Shown here piece by piece: positions 13,304-13,700 of a DNA stretch of 13,700 nt. Numbering within the stretch: the stretch's first letter is position 1; each line of letters starts with the position of its first letter. Under the pieces are notes generated by a model. It saw only the letters and a program-made list of their open reading frames with translations. It searched no databases and was not told where the DNA came from. The translations under genes were made by a program, and so were the position numbers. Source of the DNA: a virus (Duplodnaviria; Heunggongvirae; Uroviricota; Caudoviricetes); IMG/VR virus record IMGVR_UViG_2603880148_000005, positions 1-13,700 of that record; one strand, written 5' to 3'.

Positions 13304-13700
13304 TGAACCGCCCCGGGTTTCCTGGAGAGTGTTTTATCTGTGAACTCAGGCTGCCAGATCATCGTTTCCGATGGAAGCATAATAAGCTTTTTCTGCTTCT
13401 GCCGGAGGAGTATGGCCCAGCCTTCCCAGCAATCGTCGATTGTTATACCAGTCCACCCACGTTAGTGTGGCCAGTTCCACTTCTGCACGGTTTTTCCAGC
13501 TCTTACGGTGTATTACCTCCGCTTTGTAAAGACCATTGATGCTCTCAGCCATCGCGTTGTCATACGAGTCGCCTGTACTCCCTGTTGATGCCAGTAATCC
13601 GGCTTCTTTTAGTCGCTCCGTATAGGCCAGTGACACATACTGAGAGCCTTTATCGCTGTGATGGATGGTGCCAGACGGACGACGGGCCCACAACGCCTGC
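13304..13700 (-). mobile_element. IS3-family insertion sequence (IS629/IS1203-like by terminal repeat), end portion; continues beyond the window
   Basis: Terminal sequence TGAACCGCCCCGGGTTTCCTGGAGAG starting at 13304 resembles the IS629 inverted repeat as I recall it (TGAACCGCCCCGGG...). Encloses the transposase fragment below. Confidence 0.6.
13346..13700 (-). CDS. IS3-family transposase OrfB, C-terminal fragment (N-terminus outside window)
   Basis: Contains HSDKGSQY (second catalytic Asp region of the DDE motif) and DSYDNAMAESINGLYKAEVIHR. The reading frame is open to the window edge, so the ORF-track M at 13693 is not the real start. Confidence 0.8.
   Translation of the reverse strand, partial: QALWARRPSGTIHHSDKGSQYVSLAYTERLKEAGLLASTGSTGDSYDNAMAESINGLYKAEVIHRKSWKNRAEVELATLTWVDWYNNRRLLGRLGHTPPAEAEKAYYASIGNDDLAA

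Noticed and set aside
13303-13539. 78-aa plus-strand ORF
   Set aside because: Antisense to the IS3-family transposase fragment.
1-13700. Composite transposon formed by the two flanking IS elements
   Set aside because: The two elements belong to different families (IS4-type and IS3-type), so they cannot act as a matched pair.

Overview
Segment of a lambdoid (Rac/Qin/Stx-phage-like) enterobacterial prophage, cut off at both window edges by insertion sequences (IS186-like at 1-379, IS3-family at 13304-13700). All calls are from reading the sequence and from recalled family motifs; no searches were run. Minus strand, from high to low coordinate: Cro-like, YdaT/CII-like, O-like initiator carrying two iteron clusters, P-like helicase loader, two uncharacterised proteins, a QueH-like (DUF208) gene, a C5-cytosine methyltransferase plus PD-(D/E)xK nuclease pair (probable Type II R-M moron with its own terminator), a small ORF, a YdfU-like protein with an HNH-like motif, RusA, a lambda-Q-family antiterminator, a pR'/qut/tR' module very close to lambda, a small late ORF, an orphan N6-adenine methyltransferase and a CAU-anticodon tRNA. 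Plus strand: a lambda-CI-like repressor that lacks the S24 peptidase domain, a ParE-family toxin-antitoxin pair in the rexAB position, a terminator, an OL/pL-like region and small early-left ORFs. No lysis, structural or integration genes, no rRNA, no CRISPR. I could not identify one clearly novel system; the best candidate is the accessory island in the nin region (QueH-like gene plus the R-M-like pair), followed by the non-cleavable repressor with its 17-bp operators, the TA module and the O/P overlap.
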